DNA of 64,000 nt. It comes from Bdellovibrionales bacterium (GTDB lineage: Bacteria > Bdellovibrionota > Bdellovibrionia > Bdellovibrionales > JAUICD01). Below are positions 40,260-50,167 of this stretch, in pieces. Below the pieces are notes generated by a model. The model saw only the letters and a list, made by a program, of their open reading frames with translations, was not told the origin of the DNA and searched no databases. Each line of letters starts with the position of its first letter. Positions within the stretch are counted from its first letter, which is position 1. Location: NCBI GenBank assembly GCA_965203275.1, contig OZ241865.1, positions 1,216,001-1,280,000 of the forward strand. Direction: 5' to 3'. Position numbers and translations under genes: made by a program.

Positions 40260-40907
40260 TCACTAAAAGTGGGTTGTTCCCCTAAAGTAGTCGGGCAACC
40301 TGACGTAAGAAGGAACTTTTTCCTTAACATTTCACTCAAAATGCATCATGCCGTCTTTTGCACTTGAAATGAACCACACCTCTGGTGTGTTTTTGGGCAT
40401 TGCTCTGACAGCTCACGCTGTCTAAAAAGAGCAATGCCTCAAAAATCTGTTCATTTCAAGTAGGGGAGGATCCTCTCGTCTCTTAACTACATATTAAGGA
40501 AATTTTTCTTTCTTACACCTTGGGCAATGACCGCGTTGTCTCACTAAAAATAAACCAGCCTCTGGCTGTTTTTGGGCAATCAGCCCGACGGCTCTCGCCG
40601 TCGATAAAAGGCTGATTGCCTCAAAAATCCGTTTATTTTTAGTAGGAAGAATCCTCTTGTCTCTTTACACGATGTTAAGGAAAAAAGATGTTTACTTCAC
40701 GTTGACAAAATGGTCATTGCCTCAAAAATCTATGCATTTTGAGTAGAGAAGGATCTTTTTATTCCTCTACACCATGTTAGGGAAATTTTCTTTTATTACC
40801 TCAAGAGCAAGCAGGTTGCAATAAAGAAACTTTTTCCTTAACATTTATTCAAGAGACGAGGAGATCCTCCTTGCTTAAAATGTATAGATTCTTTAGGTAG
40901 TTAGCAA
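40260..40907. repeat. Structured element cluster (mostly minus; plus-oriented left half at 40828-40906)
   Basis: Same arm motifs as the other clusters. Confidence 0.9.
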
Positions 40908-40989
40908 GCCAACAAAGTTTCGTATCAAAAAAGCTGTTTAATTTTAGTCAGTTCAAATGTTGCATGTTGTTATAGTTTAATGCAGGCGG

Positions 40990-41017
40990 TTGACTTTTAA
41001 TGTTAATAGGGTATAAT
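40990..41017 (+). promoter_or_regulatory. sigma70 promoter (identical copy at 41814-41841)
   Basis: TTGACT-N16-TATAAT, then AGAGGT RBS before ATG 41042. Confidence 0.75.
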
Positions 41018-41041
41018 GATATAAAATAGAGGTATTAAAAT

Positions 41042-41569
41042 ATGGAGTTTTTGCAAATAATCGTAACTTTCATAGTTTTCTTTGTCAGCTTAATTGGCAT
41101 AGTGAGGTTTTATATTGAACCTTTTAAAGAACAGTTCAAGGAACAATTCAAAGATTTTAAGAAGGATATTAAAGAACAAGTCAGTAATCATATACCCTCA
41201 CAGATTAAAGAGATGAAGGACGACATTAAGGCACTTGATCAGAAAATTGATAATAATATTAAAGCACTTGATCAGAAAGTTGATAATAATATTAAGGCAC
41301 TTGAGCAGAAAGTTGATAATAATACTAAGGCACTTGAGCAGAAAGTTGATAAACTTGAGCAGAAAGTTGATAATAACATTAAGGCACTTGAGCAGAAAGT
41401 TGATAAACTTGAGCAGAAAGTTGATAAACTTGAGCAGAAAGTTGATAATAATACTAAAGCACTTGAGCAGAAGATTGACCAAAACTATAAAGACTTAACC
41501 GCACAAAATAAAGATACCAATCGACGTCTTGATAAGATATTTGAGTTGCTATCTAAACCTTCCACTTAA
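41042..41569 (+). CDS. Membrane-anchored coiled-coil repeat protein, copy 1
   Basis: N-terminal TM; (NNIKALEQKVD) and (KLEQKVD) 33/21-bp repeats; promoter and RBS. Confidence 0.9.
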   Translation: MEFLQIIVTFIVFFVSLIGIVRFYIEPFKEQFKEQFKDFKKDIKEQVSNHIPSQIKEMKDDIKALDQKIDNNIKALDQKVDNNIKALEQKVDNNTKALEQKVDKLEQKVDNNIKALEQKVDKLEQKVDKLEQKVDNNTKALEQKIDQNYKDLTAQNKDTNRRLDKIFELLSKPST

Positions 41570-41597
41570 TCTTTTACTACATCCAACAAAAAGACAC

Positions 41598-41730
41598 TGC
41601 TAACTCAAAAATGACCAGAGGTCAGTTTACTTTTAGTGAAAGTGATGAAGGAACTTTTTCCTTAACATGTGGTCAAGAGACGAAGAGATCCTCCTTGCTT
41701 AAAATGTATAGATTCTTTAGGTAGTTAGCA
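41598..41730 (+). repeat. Right half of one element followed by left half of the next
   Basis: TGACCAGAGGTCA-GTTTACTTTTAGT then TTTTTCCTTAACA. Confidence 0.85.
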
Positions 41731-41865
41731 AGCCAACAAAGTTTGTATCAAAAAAAGTTGCTTAAGTTTAGTCAGTTAAGATGTTGCATGTTGTTATAGT
41801 TTAATGCAGGCGGTTGACTTTTAATGTTAATAGGGTATAATGATATAAAATAGAGGTATTAAAAT

Positions 41866-42306
41866 ATGGAGTTTTTGCAAATAATCGTAACTTTCATAGT
41901 TTTCTTTGTCAGCTTAATTGGCATAGTGAGGTTTTATATTGAACCTTTTAAAGAACAGTTCAAGGAACAATTCAAAGATTTTAAGAAGGATATTAAAGAA
42001 CAAGTCAGTAATCATATACCCTCACAGATTAAAGAGATGAAGGACGACATTAAGGCACTTAATCAGAAAATTGATAATAATACTAAGGCACTTGAGCAGA
42101 AAGTTGATAAACTTGAGCAGAAAGTTGATAATAACATTAAGGCACTTGAGCAGAAAGTTGATAAACTTGAGCAGAAAGTTGATAATAATACTAAAGCACT
42201 TGAGCAGAAGATTGACCAAAACTATAAAGACTTAACCGCACAAAACAAAGATACCAATCGACGTCTTGATAAGATATTTGAGTTGCTATCTAAACCTTCC
42301 ACTTAA
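41866..42306 (+). CDS. Membrane-anchored coiled-coil repeat protein, copy 2 (tandem duplicate)
   Basis: Near-identical to copy 1 at offset 824 bp; 29 aa (11+11+7) shorter. Confidence 0.9.
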   Translation: MEFLQIIVTFIVFFVSLIGIVRFYIEPFKEQFKEQFKDFKKDIKEQVSNHIPSQIKEMKDDIKALNQKIDNNTKALEQKVDKLEQKVDNNIKALEQKVDKLEQKVDNNTKALEQKIDQNYKDLTAQNKDTNRRLDKIFELLSKPST

Positions 42307-42334
42307 TCTTTTACTGCATCAACAAAAAGACACT

Positions 42335-43350
42335 GCTACCTCAAAAGTGACCAGAGGTCAGACCACTTTTAGTGAGCCAACAGCGTAAGCTGTCAGAGCA
42401 ATGCCCAAAAGTAGCCAGAGGCTAGTTTACTTTTAGTGAGAGTGATGAAGCACTTTTTCCCTAACATCGTGTTCATTCCGGGATCCGGCAACCGGCAGTC
42501 AGGCATCAGGTCGAAAGGAACTTTTTCCCTAACATCGTGTTAAAAAACGAAGATTTCCTCCCTACTCAAAATAAATGAATTTTCTAGGCAGTTAGCCTTT
42601 GTCGACGACGAAAGTCGTCGGGCTAACTGCCAGAAAACATGCCAGAGGCATGATTTATTTTGAGTGAGAGCGATGAAGGAACTTTTTCCTTAACATCGTG
42701 TTAAAAAACGAAGGTTTCCTCCCTACTAAAAGTAAACGGACTTTTGAGGCATTGCTCTTTTAATATAATCTTAAAGGCATTTTGTTCCCTTAACATCCTG
42801 CTAAGAAATGAAGGGATTCTCTCTACTAAAAGTGGTCAAGCTTTCTAGGTTGCCAGCATTTGAGAAGGCGAATAGCCTTCGGCTGGCAACCAGAAAGTGG
42901 CCAGAGGTCAGACAATTTTGACTTTTAGTGAGCCAACAGCGTAAGCTGTCAGAGCAATGCCCAAAAGTAGCCAGAGGCTAGTTTACTTTTAGTGAGAGTA
43001 ATGAAGCACTTTTTCCCTAACATCGTGTTCATTCCGGGATCCGGCAACCGGCAGTCAGGCATCAGGTCGAAAGGAACTTTTTCCTTAACATCGTGTTAAA
43101 AAACGAAGGTTTCCTCCCTACTTGAAATGAACGGATTTTTTAGGTGTTGCCTATTTTGTCAAAGGCGTAAGCCTTTGCAGGCAAAAGATGTAAGAAGGAA
43201 CTTTTTCCTTAACATGTGGTCAAGAGACGAGAGGATCCTCCCCTACTAAAAGTAAACGGACTTTTGAGGTTGCCAGCATTTAAGAAGGCGAATAGCCTTC
43301 GGCTGGCAACCCAAAAGTGACCAGAGGTCAGTTTACTTTTAGTGAAAAAA
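42335..43350 (+). repeat. Mosaic cluster of structured elements with internal duplication
   Basis: ~42366-42550 repeated at ~42921-43109; complete copies near 42520-42665 and 43200-43343. Confidence 0.95.
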
Positions 43351-43458
43351 AACTAGACCTCAAAAAATTCATTAATACTCTAAAGATACACAACAATCCT
43401 GCCGAATAATTAAAAAAGAGGCATTTTCATTAATATCCTAAACCTAAAAGGAGGTTCT

Positions 43459-45414
43459 GTGCAGAATAAAATATCAATTACTTCGTTGCTTTTATTGATA
43501 GGCTTTTTATTTACATCTTGTTCATCTCTATCTCCATCTCAAAAATCTCAACAAACAACTCATAACAATCACAATACTAAGGCATCTGCATCTAAGGCTA
43601 GGTCTATTGAAGGTGCTTATGACAATCACCGCACACCTGCATCTGTGTCTGTTATTGATACAAATGTGATCAATAAAACCACTGTCAAAAGTCAAGCAGA
43701 CTATCACTTTACACTGGCAGAAATTTACAGTGCTTCTAATCAAACAGACAAAGCTATCGAACATCTTAATAAGACACTACTTTATGATCCTCAATCTACG
43801 ACAGTACTTCTCAAGTTAGCCTACCAATATATTAAAAAAGGTCAAATCATCAAATCCATGTCTTCTGTTGAAACTATCTTAGACATTAATCCTAAACATA
43901 AAAAGGCAGTGATTTTTCTAGGGGGATTATATACATCTATGAATATGCACTTACAGGCCGAAGCTCATTATCGTCAAGTCTTAAACCATTATCCTAAAAA
44001 TCATCCAGACCAATTAGAAATTTCACTACATTTAGGCACTTGCCTACTCCAACAAGGAAATCAAGGCAATAAAGAAAAAGAAGCTAAAAGCATCTTTCAA
44101 AACATTGCAAAACATTCTGATAAAGAAAAGCATCAAGCCTATTATTACTTAGGTCATATATCACAAAAAGAAGGAAATATTCCTCAAGCACAAAAACATT
44201 ATAAAAAAGCTTTAGCTCTGCAAGCAGACTTTCATATAGCCATGCTAGCACTGGTTGAAACTTATGAACAAACCAATCAGTTAAAACAGGCAGTCAGTCT
44301 TTTAGAATCTTTTAGCCAAAAATTTGAGCCGAATGAACAAATAGCTTTGCAATTAGCTAAGCTATATATTTATCAACAAGACTATGAAAAAGCTTACGCA
44401 CAGTATGAGATTGTCTTAGCCTTTCGACCTGATGATTTAAACTTTCAAATACGTATGGCTTTTCTGCTGATGAAGCAAAAAAAATACAACATGGCTTTAA
44501 ATCATCTACAAGGTATATTGAAACAAGCACCGCAAGCAGATCGTATACATTTTTATATAGGTGCTATTTATGAGGAGTTAAAATCTTATCGAAAGGCGAT
44601 TAAAGCTTTCATGCAGGTTCCTTCTACAAGTGCTTATTATAATGAGGCCCGTATCTATGCAGCTTATTTAGAAAACAAACAAAAACAACCTCAAAAAGCA
44701 CAGAAAATATTAGAAGAAGCTCTTGCTACAACACAGCAAGTAACATCTAAGTTATTTCTTGTTTATGCTTCACTGCTTAATGATATGAAACAATACGATC
44801 AAGCTATTTCTTCTTTGGCTACAGCTGTTAAGCAGTTTCCAAAAGATGAAAATTTGCATTTTATTTTAGGCTCTCTCTACGACAAAGTAGATAGGAAGGA
44901 AGACACCATCAAAACAATGAAATATATTTTGTCAATGAACCCTCAACATGTTGAGGCACTCAACTACTTAGCTTACACTTATGCAGAAATGGACAGAGAG
45001 TTAGATCAAGCAGAAAAGCTAGCCAGGCAGGCATTGCAATTAAAACCCAATGATGGATATATTCAAGACACACTTGGCTGGATTATGTTTAAGAAAGGCC
45101 ATTTTAAAAATTCCATAGAGTTACTTGAATCTGCACATAAGCTGAATTCTAATGAGAGTATCATAGCAGAACATTTAGGGGACGCTTATCATAAAAACAA
45201 CTTGCCATCTAAAGCTATTGAGATGTATAAAAAAGCTTATGAGATTGAAACAGGGCAACAGGCCAAAGAAAAACTACAAACTAAAATTAAGGCTATCGAA
45301 AATGCAAATGTTTTGGAAGCATCTGTTGAGAAGCCTTCCAATCAGAGGATTCCTGCAGGGCTTTCCGTACAAGAGCCTTCTGTTAATTTTGTGCAGCAAC
45401 CTTCTGATCAATAA
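43459..45414 (+). CDS. TPR-repeat lipoprotein
   Basis: GGAGG RBS, FTSC lipobox, many TPRs, ALNYLAYTYAE...IQDTLGW motif. Confidence 0.92.
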   Translation: MQNKISITSLLLLIGFLFTSCSSLSPSQKSQQTTHNNHNTKASASKARSIEGAYDNHRTPASVSVIDTNVINKTTVKSQADYHFTLAEIYSASNQTDKAIEHLNKTLLYDPQSTTVLLKLAYQYIKKGQIIKSMSSVETILDINPKHKKAVIFLGGLYTSMNMHLQAEAHYRQVLNHYPKNHPDQLEISLHLGTCLLQQGNQGNKEKEAKSIFQNIAKHSDKEKHQAYYYLGHISQKEGNIPQAQKHYKKALALQADFHIAMLALVETYEQTNQLKQAVSLLESFSQKFEPNEQIALQLAKLYIYQQDYEKAYAQYEIVLAFRPDDLNFQIRMAFLLMKQKKYNMALNHLQGILKQAPQADRIHFYIGAIYEELKSYRKAIKAFMQVPSTSAYYNEARIYAAYLENKQKQPQKAQKILEEALATTQQVTSKLFLVYASLLNDMKQYDQAISSLATAVKQFPKDENLHFILGSLYDKVDRKEDTIKTMKYILSMNPQHVEALNYLAYTYAEMDRELDQAEKLARQALQLKPNDGYIQDTLGWIMFKKGHFKNSIELLESAHKLNSNESIIAEHLGDAYHKNNLPSKAIEMYKKAYEIETGQQAKEKLQTKIKAIENANVLEASVEKPSNQRIPAGLSVQEPSVNFVQQPSDQ

Positions 45415-45949
45415 ACTACTCATTGGTTGTGCGACGCCTATTTTTATTCATACATATCAAGAAGGGACTTTTTCCAGTAAGATCAAACTAACAGATCTCC
45501 AAAAGAAAGAATCTGTTGTTTTTAATTTAGATATTTTTGCTCAAAAGCCTTCTTTGTTGCGGTTAGAGGTCACAACATCTATTGGCTTTCATATTGCAAG
45601 TTTGACCCTTAATGGAGATCAGGCGACTTTAATCATCCCTTCCAAAAAAATCCATCGTCAAGGCATCACACATTCTCAGATTTTAGAAGATGTCATCCCT
45701 CTTAAGATAGATCCTCAGTGGATGCTCCCTATCTTATTTGAAACGCCATTATCTGATTGGCAGTGTGATCAAGATGATAGAGGCTATCTTAAAAGCTGTC
45801 AGTTAGAGTCTCTTTTAGTGACATGGACAAAACGTATGGGTTATCAGAGGACTTTACACATTACCTCTCAAGATATAGAAGCTGTTCTTTACATTCAAGA
45901 TTTCAAACCTTATTTGCCACCTAACTCTAATGTGTTTGTCCTACCCTAA
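45218..45949 (+). CDS. LolB/DUF4292-like lipoprotein (true start likely near 45390)
   Basis: LLIGC lipobox; LRLEVTTSIG beta-rich body; follows the TPR gene. Confidence 0.55.
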   Translation: MRCIKKLMRLKQGNRPKKNYKLKLRLSKMQMFWKHLLRSLPIRGFLQGFPYKSLLLILCSNLLINKLLIGCATPIFIHTYQEGTFSSKIKLTDLQKKESVVFNLDIFAQKPSLLRLEVTTSIGFHIASLTLNGDQATLIIPSKKIHRQGITHSQILEDVIPLKIDPQWMLPILFETPLSDWQCDQDDRGYLKSCQLESLLVTWTKRMGYQRTLHITSQDIEAVLYIQDFKPYLPPNSNVFVLP

Positions 45950-46064
45950 TTTACCTAACTTAATCGAGGATATACAAACAATGACCTTCATTACGGCTTT
46001 CAAATAAAGCTACTTATAGACTTTTTTATTATAAAGTATCAGGTATAAAACTACCGATAAAGTT

Positions 46065-48320
46065 ATGAGGTGTTTTATTATGATACCCAATATTTTTTAT
46101 AAAGCTTTTTTGCCGGTGTTGTTATTTGCCTTGAGTTTAAGTTGTAGCAAAAAAAACTCATCTCCTGGTCCGAGGCCTAACCCCTCAGGTATTGATTCTC
46201 AAAAGATTTTAGCAGACTTAGGTCCAGCAACTCAATATTACCAGTTAGCAGAAGACCATACTGATAAAGGAGAAATAATTTTATTAACTGCACAAGGTGG
46301 TCCTGTGACTGATGTAAGTGGTCAGGATTTTGATTCTATGCATGATTTTTTCTCCATCGCATACGTACACCAAGCTCAAACTCTCAGAAACCAATCAGAC
46401 GGGCTTGATCATCGCCTTCTTTCTGGCAGTGAAATCATCTCTATTGACAAAGCAAGAAGAGCTTCCATGAAGTCAGCAGCTATCTTACATAAAGTCTCTG
46501 ATCATTTCAAACAACAGGGGTACACTGTTTATTTAATCACTCATTCTTTTGGTTCCTTTATTATTCCACACACATTAGCTCATTACGGTAATAACTTTGA
46601 CAAAATCATTATTGGAGCTGGTCGCCTTGAAATACAACAGGAAGTTTATGAAAGTTTTTTAAATGGATGTGGTGGGCAGTTTAGTTCAGATGGAGTGACC
46701 TTTCAGGCGGTAACCTGTGAAGATGTTAGACGAGAAGAAAACCTTGATACTCAAGGCTTTCAAGCTTTCCGCTCTGGCAGAAGGCTTCAAGGGGCTTTAG
46801 GAGAAAATCGCTATCGTCAGCTCTTACAAGATGTCCCCTTAGAGAATGTACTATATATTTATGGCAATGCAGATGAAGCTGTTGGTAGACTTTCTTCTGA
46901 AGAAGTAACCTTTTTAAAAAACAAAAAAGCACAAGTCATGGCTTTAGATACAGGACATGACATCATCGAAAGCTTAGAATTTCTTGAAGACTCACCAGAC
47001 ACCAGAAGTTTATTAGCAGATGATGCGAATACTCAAATGATGAATTTTTTGATGAGTCCCTTGCCTTCATCTTATGACGTTTTAAACATGCCAGAAGATG
47101 CTAAAATGGCTACTTATCTACAGTCATCTAGTAGTGACACGTATAAAATTGGCATTGTGTTTGAAAACCACTCTCCTCAACAAGTATCTTATAAACTCGA
47201 TGCAGCTTTTGGTGATGGGCCGTTTTCTTTATTTAAAACCAATGTTTTCAAAGACCACAAATCAAAATTTCATATTGAGTTTGGAAGGATCACACAAGAT
47301 GAAGATGAAAATGCTTTTAACTTCACAAAAGAGCAAAAGAAAGCATTTGGCAAGCTTTTTGTTCAAACCTTTCCAGAATTCCAAAGCCGAGAAAGTTTAG
47401 GTATCACCATAAATAACTTTCTTGAAAAGCACTCTATTTCGGATACTCCTTTTTATTATTTTGATGCTATAAAATTAAAAGAACTTATAGAGCAAACAAC
47501 TTTGACAGCAACACAAGAGGATCGCAAGAGAGAGTTAGAGCAGTCTCGTGATCGCTTCGTTGATTTTTTGAAAAACACACACAATCAGAACAAAAATTTT
47601 GATCTTGTGATTTATGTTTCACCTGGTATTTCTGGAGGTTATGCTGATTCTTCAGCAGATACAAATATTCATCCTGCTCCTCGTGTGATCTATATGCCTT
47701 CAAGTGAATTCCTCAATGTTTTTATGCCTTCTATGGGACTTCATTCAGATTACTATGCCATCACTTTGGTACATGAGTTAGGTCATATTTTTGGTGATCT
47801 TGCTGATGAGTATTATTCTTATGAAGTAGAAACTTCTGTAACACCTATCAAAGCTGACTTAAGGGTTGATATTCAATTCAATTACTTTCGTAATAATTGT
47901 TTCCGATGGTATAATGTCGCAGGGTTTTCAGGACTGATAGCATCTCAAGCGAACATTTCTCATATTGCACGAAGAGATAGCTCTGATCAGATCAGTATTT
48001 ATTATCCTAGGGGAACAACAGATGTTCCCTCACAACAAGTTCTTAATTTTGACTTTGATTTAACAAATATTTTAAATCCTTGGACTCATAATTCCAAAGT
48101 CCCTTTCTTCGATAGATCAAATGATAGTACAACTCAAGAGTCTGGCAGTATTGCAAATTATAATGCAAATCTTTATGGTGGGTGCAATGGTGGTAAGTCA
48201 TTCCGTGGAACAGAGAATTCTATTATGCGTCTTTATCATCTCTATCGTGCTAAAGATTGGCCTGATGCTTGGGGTCCTATCAATAGTTATTACTTAAAGA
48301 GGGGGCTGGATTTACAGTGA
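46065..48320 (+). CDS. Lipoprotein: alpha/beta-hydrolase domain fused to an M64-like Zn peptidase
   Basis: SLSC lipobox; QGGP, THSFG nucleophile elbow, D..GH; VHELGHIFGDLADEY and FRGTENSIMR. Confidence 0.75.
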   Translation: MRCFIMIPNIFYKAFLPVLLFALSLSCSKKNSSPGPRPNPSGIDSQKILADLGPATQYYQLAEDHTDKGEIILLTAQGGPVTDVSGQDFDSMHDFFSIAYVHQAQTLRNQSDGLDHRLLSGSEIISIDKARRASMKSAAILHKVSDHFKQQGYTVYLITHSFGSFIIPHTLAHYGNNFDKIIIGAGRLEIQQEVYESFLNGCGGQFSSDGVTFQAVTCEDVRREENLDTQGFQAFRSGRRLQGALGENRYRQLLQDVPLENVLYIYGNADEAVGRLSSEEVTFLKNKKAQVMALDTGHDIIESLEFLEDSPDTRSLLADDANTQMMNFLMSPLPSSYDVLNMPEDAKMATYLQSSSSDTYKIGIVFENHSPQQVSYKLDAAFGDGPFSLFKTNVFKDHKSKFHIEFGRITQDEDENAFNFTKEQKKAFGKLFVQTFPEFQSRESLGITINNFLEKHSISDTPFYYFDAIKLKELIEQTTLTATQEDRKRELEQSRDRFVDFLKNTHNQNKNFDLVIYVSPGISGGYADSSADTNIHPAPRVIYMPSSEFLNVFMPSMGLHSDYYAITLVHELGHIFGDLADEYYSYEVETSVTPIKADLRVDIQFNYFRNNCFRWYNVAGFSGLIASQANISHIARRDSSDQISIYYPRGTTDVPSQQVLNFDFDLTNILNPWTHNSKVPFFDRSNDSTTQESGSIANYNANLYGGCNGGKSFRGTENSIMRLYHLYRAKDWPDAWGPINSYYLKRGLDLQ

Positions 48321-48584
48321 TCAGTGATCGGTATTTATGAGGTATGGTTTTGGGATTTTCTAATAGCTTGAATAGCATTTAAGTATAATGTATTACCTTT
48401 ATTCTCCTTAGATTGTGGTGTTTGGTCAATGGATGACGCAGTCGAGTCATATTTTAAGCTTTGAAAGTGGGTTTATTGTCTCTTTTAGAAACACTTTTAT
48501 AACAACGTCTATCTTTTTTCTAAAGTTTATGCTATTGAGTACCGACTAAATAATATATAATAATAATAAAAAAGGAAGGGTTTT

Positions 48585-48989
48585 ATGAATTCGGATGATA
48601 CACAAATTAATGGTGATGCACTAAAAAATTATGAGACTTCATTAACGGCGTTGCTAGCTTTATTTAAAAAATATAAGAAGACTGCCTTGCTTATGGCTAT
48701 TCTTTTCTCTTTAAAATTTTTCATAGATAATAAGCCTATGCTTGATACGATTGAATATTTTCTTGTGTGGATACCGATATATACTTTTTATTATGATTTT
48801 AATTTGCAGTCTGAAGAGCGTATAAGTCCTATGAAGGAACAAGTATATAACCACATCCCTACTAAGATTGAAAGTAACACTAAAACTTTAGTAGAGCAGA
48901 TCAACGTACTTGATCAAGCTATTCAAAAATTAATATCAATGGTCGACCCAGAGGGCTTTAAAAAGTATTTTAAAGATAAAAAGAAATAA
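48585..48989 (+). CDS. Small membrane protein related to the 41042/41866 proteins
   Basis: Shares KEQV(S/Y)NHIP(S/T) motif; AAGGAAGG RBS. Confidence 0.75.
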   Translation: MNSDDTQINGDALKNYETSLTALLALFKKYKKTALLMAILFSLKFFIDNKPMLDTIEYFLVWIPIYTFYYDFNLQSEERISPMKEQVYNHIPTKIESNTKTLVEQINVLDQAIQKLISMVDPEGFKKYFKDKKK

Positions 48990-49179
48990 TCCAATTCTAT
49001 TTCCAATAATATATGCTTATATTTAATTTTCATAATATTCTGACCGATTAAATTTCATAACTTCCGCGGGTTATATTGAGGCTACTCCTGAGTTTGACAG
49101 CCTACAAAAATAAATTTGTGAAATTTCAGTAGGTTATGAGCGTAATAAGATTTTATGCCACTAGCTAGTATGTAAGCTT

Positions 49180-49418
49180 TTATTTATTCATATTTTGACA
49201 TATCTGATTTTTAGGGAAGATAAACAAGTTACTTTCAGATTGTTGAGTTTTGACTTCTGTTGAAATAAGTATTTTCTTAAGGTCAATATTTGTTTTTTCT
49301 TTCAAATAATCCCATGCTTCTTCTTGAACATAATATTCTCCACCTACACTCTTATATAAAGTTTTAATCTATATTCATCTGCTAATTTTGCAATTTCTTT
49401 TTTCACTTGAAGATTCAT
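49180..49418 (-). pseudogene. Internally deleted ApaLI-like restriction endonuclease remnant
   Basis: MNLQVKKEIAKLADEY joined out of frame to KTLYKSVGGEYYVQEEAWDYLKEKTNIDLKKIL; family assignment from memory of RE_ApaLI termini. Confidence 0.55.
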
Positions 49419-49634
49419 AATTGAGTATCCACTTGTCTATTCTAAACTAAGTTATTTTTCTAATTTCTCGGATTTCAGATTGATCATAAGAGACTACTTC
49501 ATTATGTTCCCTTTCTTGTCTTAAACCAAGTTTTATCGATGTATTCTTACACACGATGTTTTTCTAGTCAATAGGCACTTTCTTTTTCTATTCTTAAAGA
49601 GGGGGCTGGATTTATAGTGATCAGTGATCGGTAT

Positions 49635-49976
49635 TTATGAGGTATGGTTTTGGGATTTTCTAATAGCTTGAATAGCATTTAAGTATAATGTATTACCTTT
49701 ATTCTCCTTTGATATTTTTTGATAAGCTACTTCAGCCATTTTAAGTGTAGCTCCTGCGGGTAAGTTTAAAGTGCTGTAGGCTTCTTTTGTCTCTCCGTTA
49801 TAGGTAAAATAAATGGTCAGTGGTCTGTGATCTTCCTTAGTTTGTTTAGAGTCTATCTTTTTAGGAGTTGTCAGTTTAAGCTTAGAGGGACGCGGGGATG
49901 ATCTCCCTCTCATGAAGAACACAACCAATAAGATGACAACAATAATATTAATGAAAAGAAAGTTATTAAAATCCAT
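49635..49976 (-). CDS. Small membrane protein with degenerate J-domain-like C-terminus
   Basis: Start moved to MDFNN because the upstream part of the ORF is tRNA; TM helix; EAYSTLNLPAGAT..AYQK. Confidence 0.7.
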   Translation of the reverse strand: MDFNNFLFINIIVVILLVVFFMRGRSSPRPSKLKLTTPKKIDSKQTKEDHRPLTIYFTYNGETKEAYSTLNLPAGATLKMAEVAYQKISKENKGNTLYLNAIQAIRKSQNHTS

Positions 49977-49990
49977 ATCTTGCACAATGT

Positions 49991-50067
49991 TGGGGTGGCT
50001 GACGGGTTTCGAACCCGCGACCCTAGGAACCACAATCCTATGCTCTACCAGCTGAGCTACAGCCACC
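49991..50067 (-). tRNA. tRNA-His(GUG)
   Basis: GGTGGCTGTAGCTCAGCTGGTAGAGCATAGGATTGTGGTTCCTAGGGTCGCGGGTTCGAAACCCGTCAGCCACCCCA: cloverleaf, G-1, encoded CCA. Confidence 0.98.
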
Positions 50068-50167
50068 ATTTTATATTTCTTAACTGTATAACTTACAGGA
50101 GACTATAAATATCAGAAAAGGTCAATTGATTTTATATTGATTTTATCAGAAGTACCTACTCAATGAT

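Larger units (their letters stand above)
48293..49709. mobile_element. 1.3-kb islet flanked by 117-bp direct repeats
   Basis: 48293-48409 matches 49593-49709 with one mismatch; the repeat spans the 3' ends of two convergent genes. Confidence 0.85.

Noticed and set aside
41198..42219. Alternative-frame ORFs over repeat genes (41198..41482, 41235..41498, 42022..42219; also 2350..2664)
   Set aside because: Shadow frames kept open by tandem repeats
49977..50069. N-terminal 31 codons of ORF 49635..50069
   Set aside because: They overlap tRNA-His; the real start is more likely 49976
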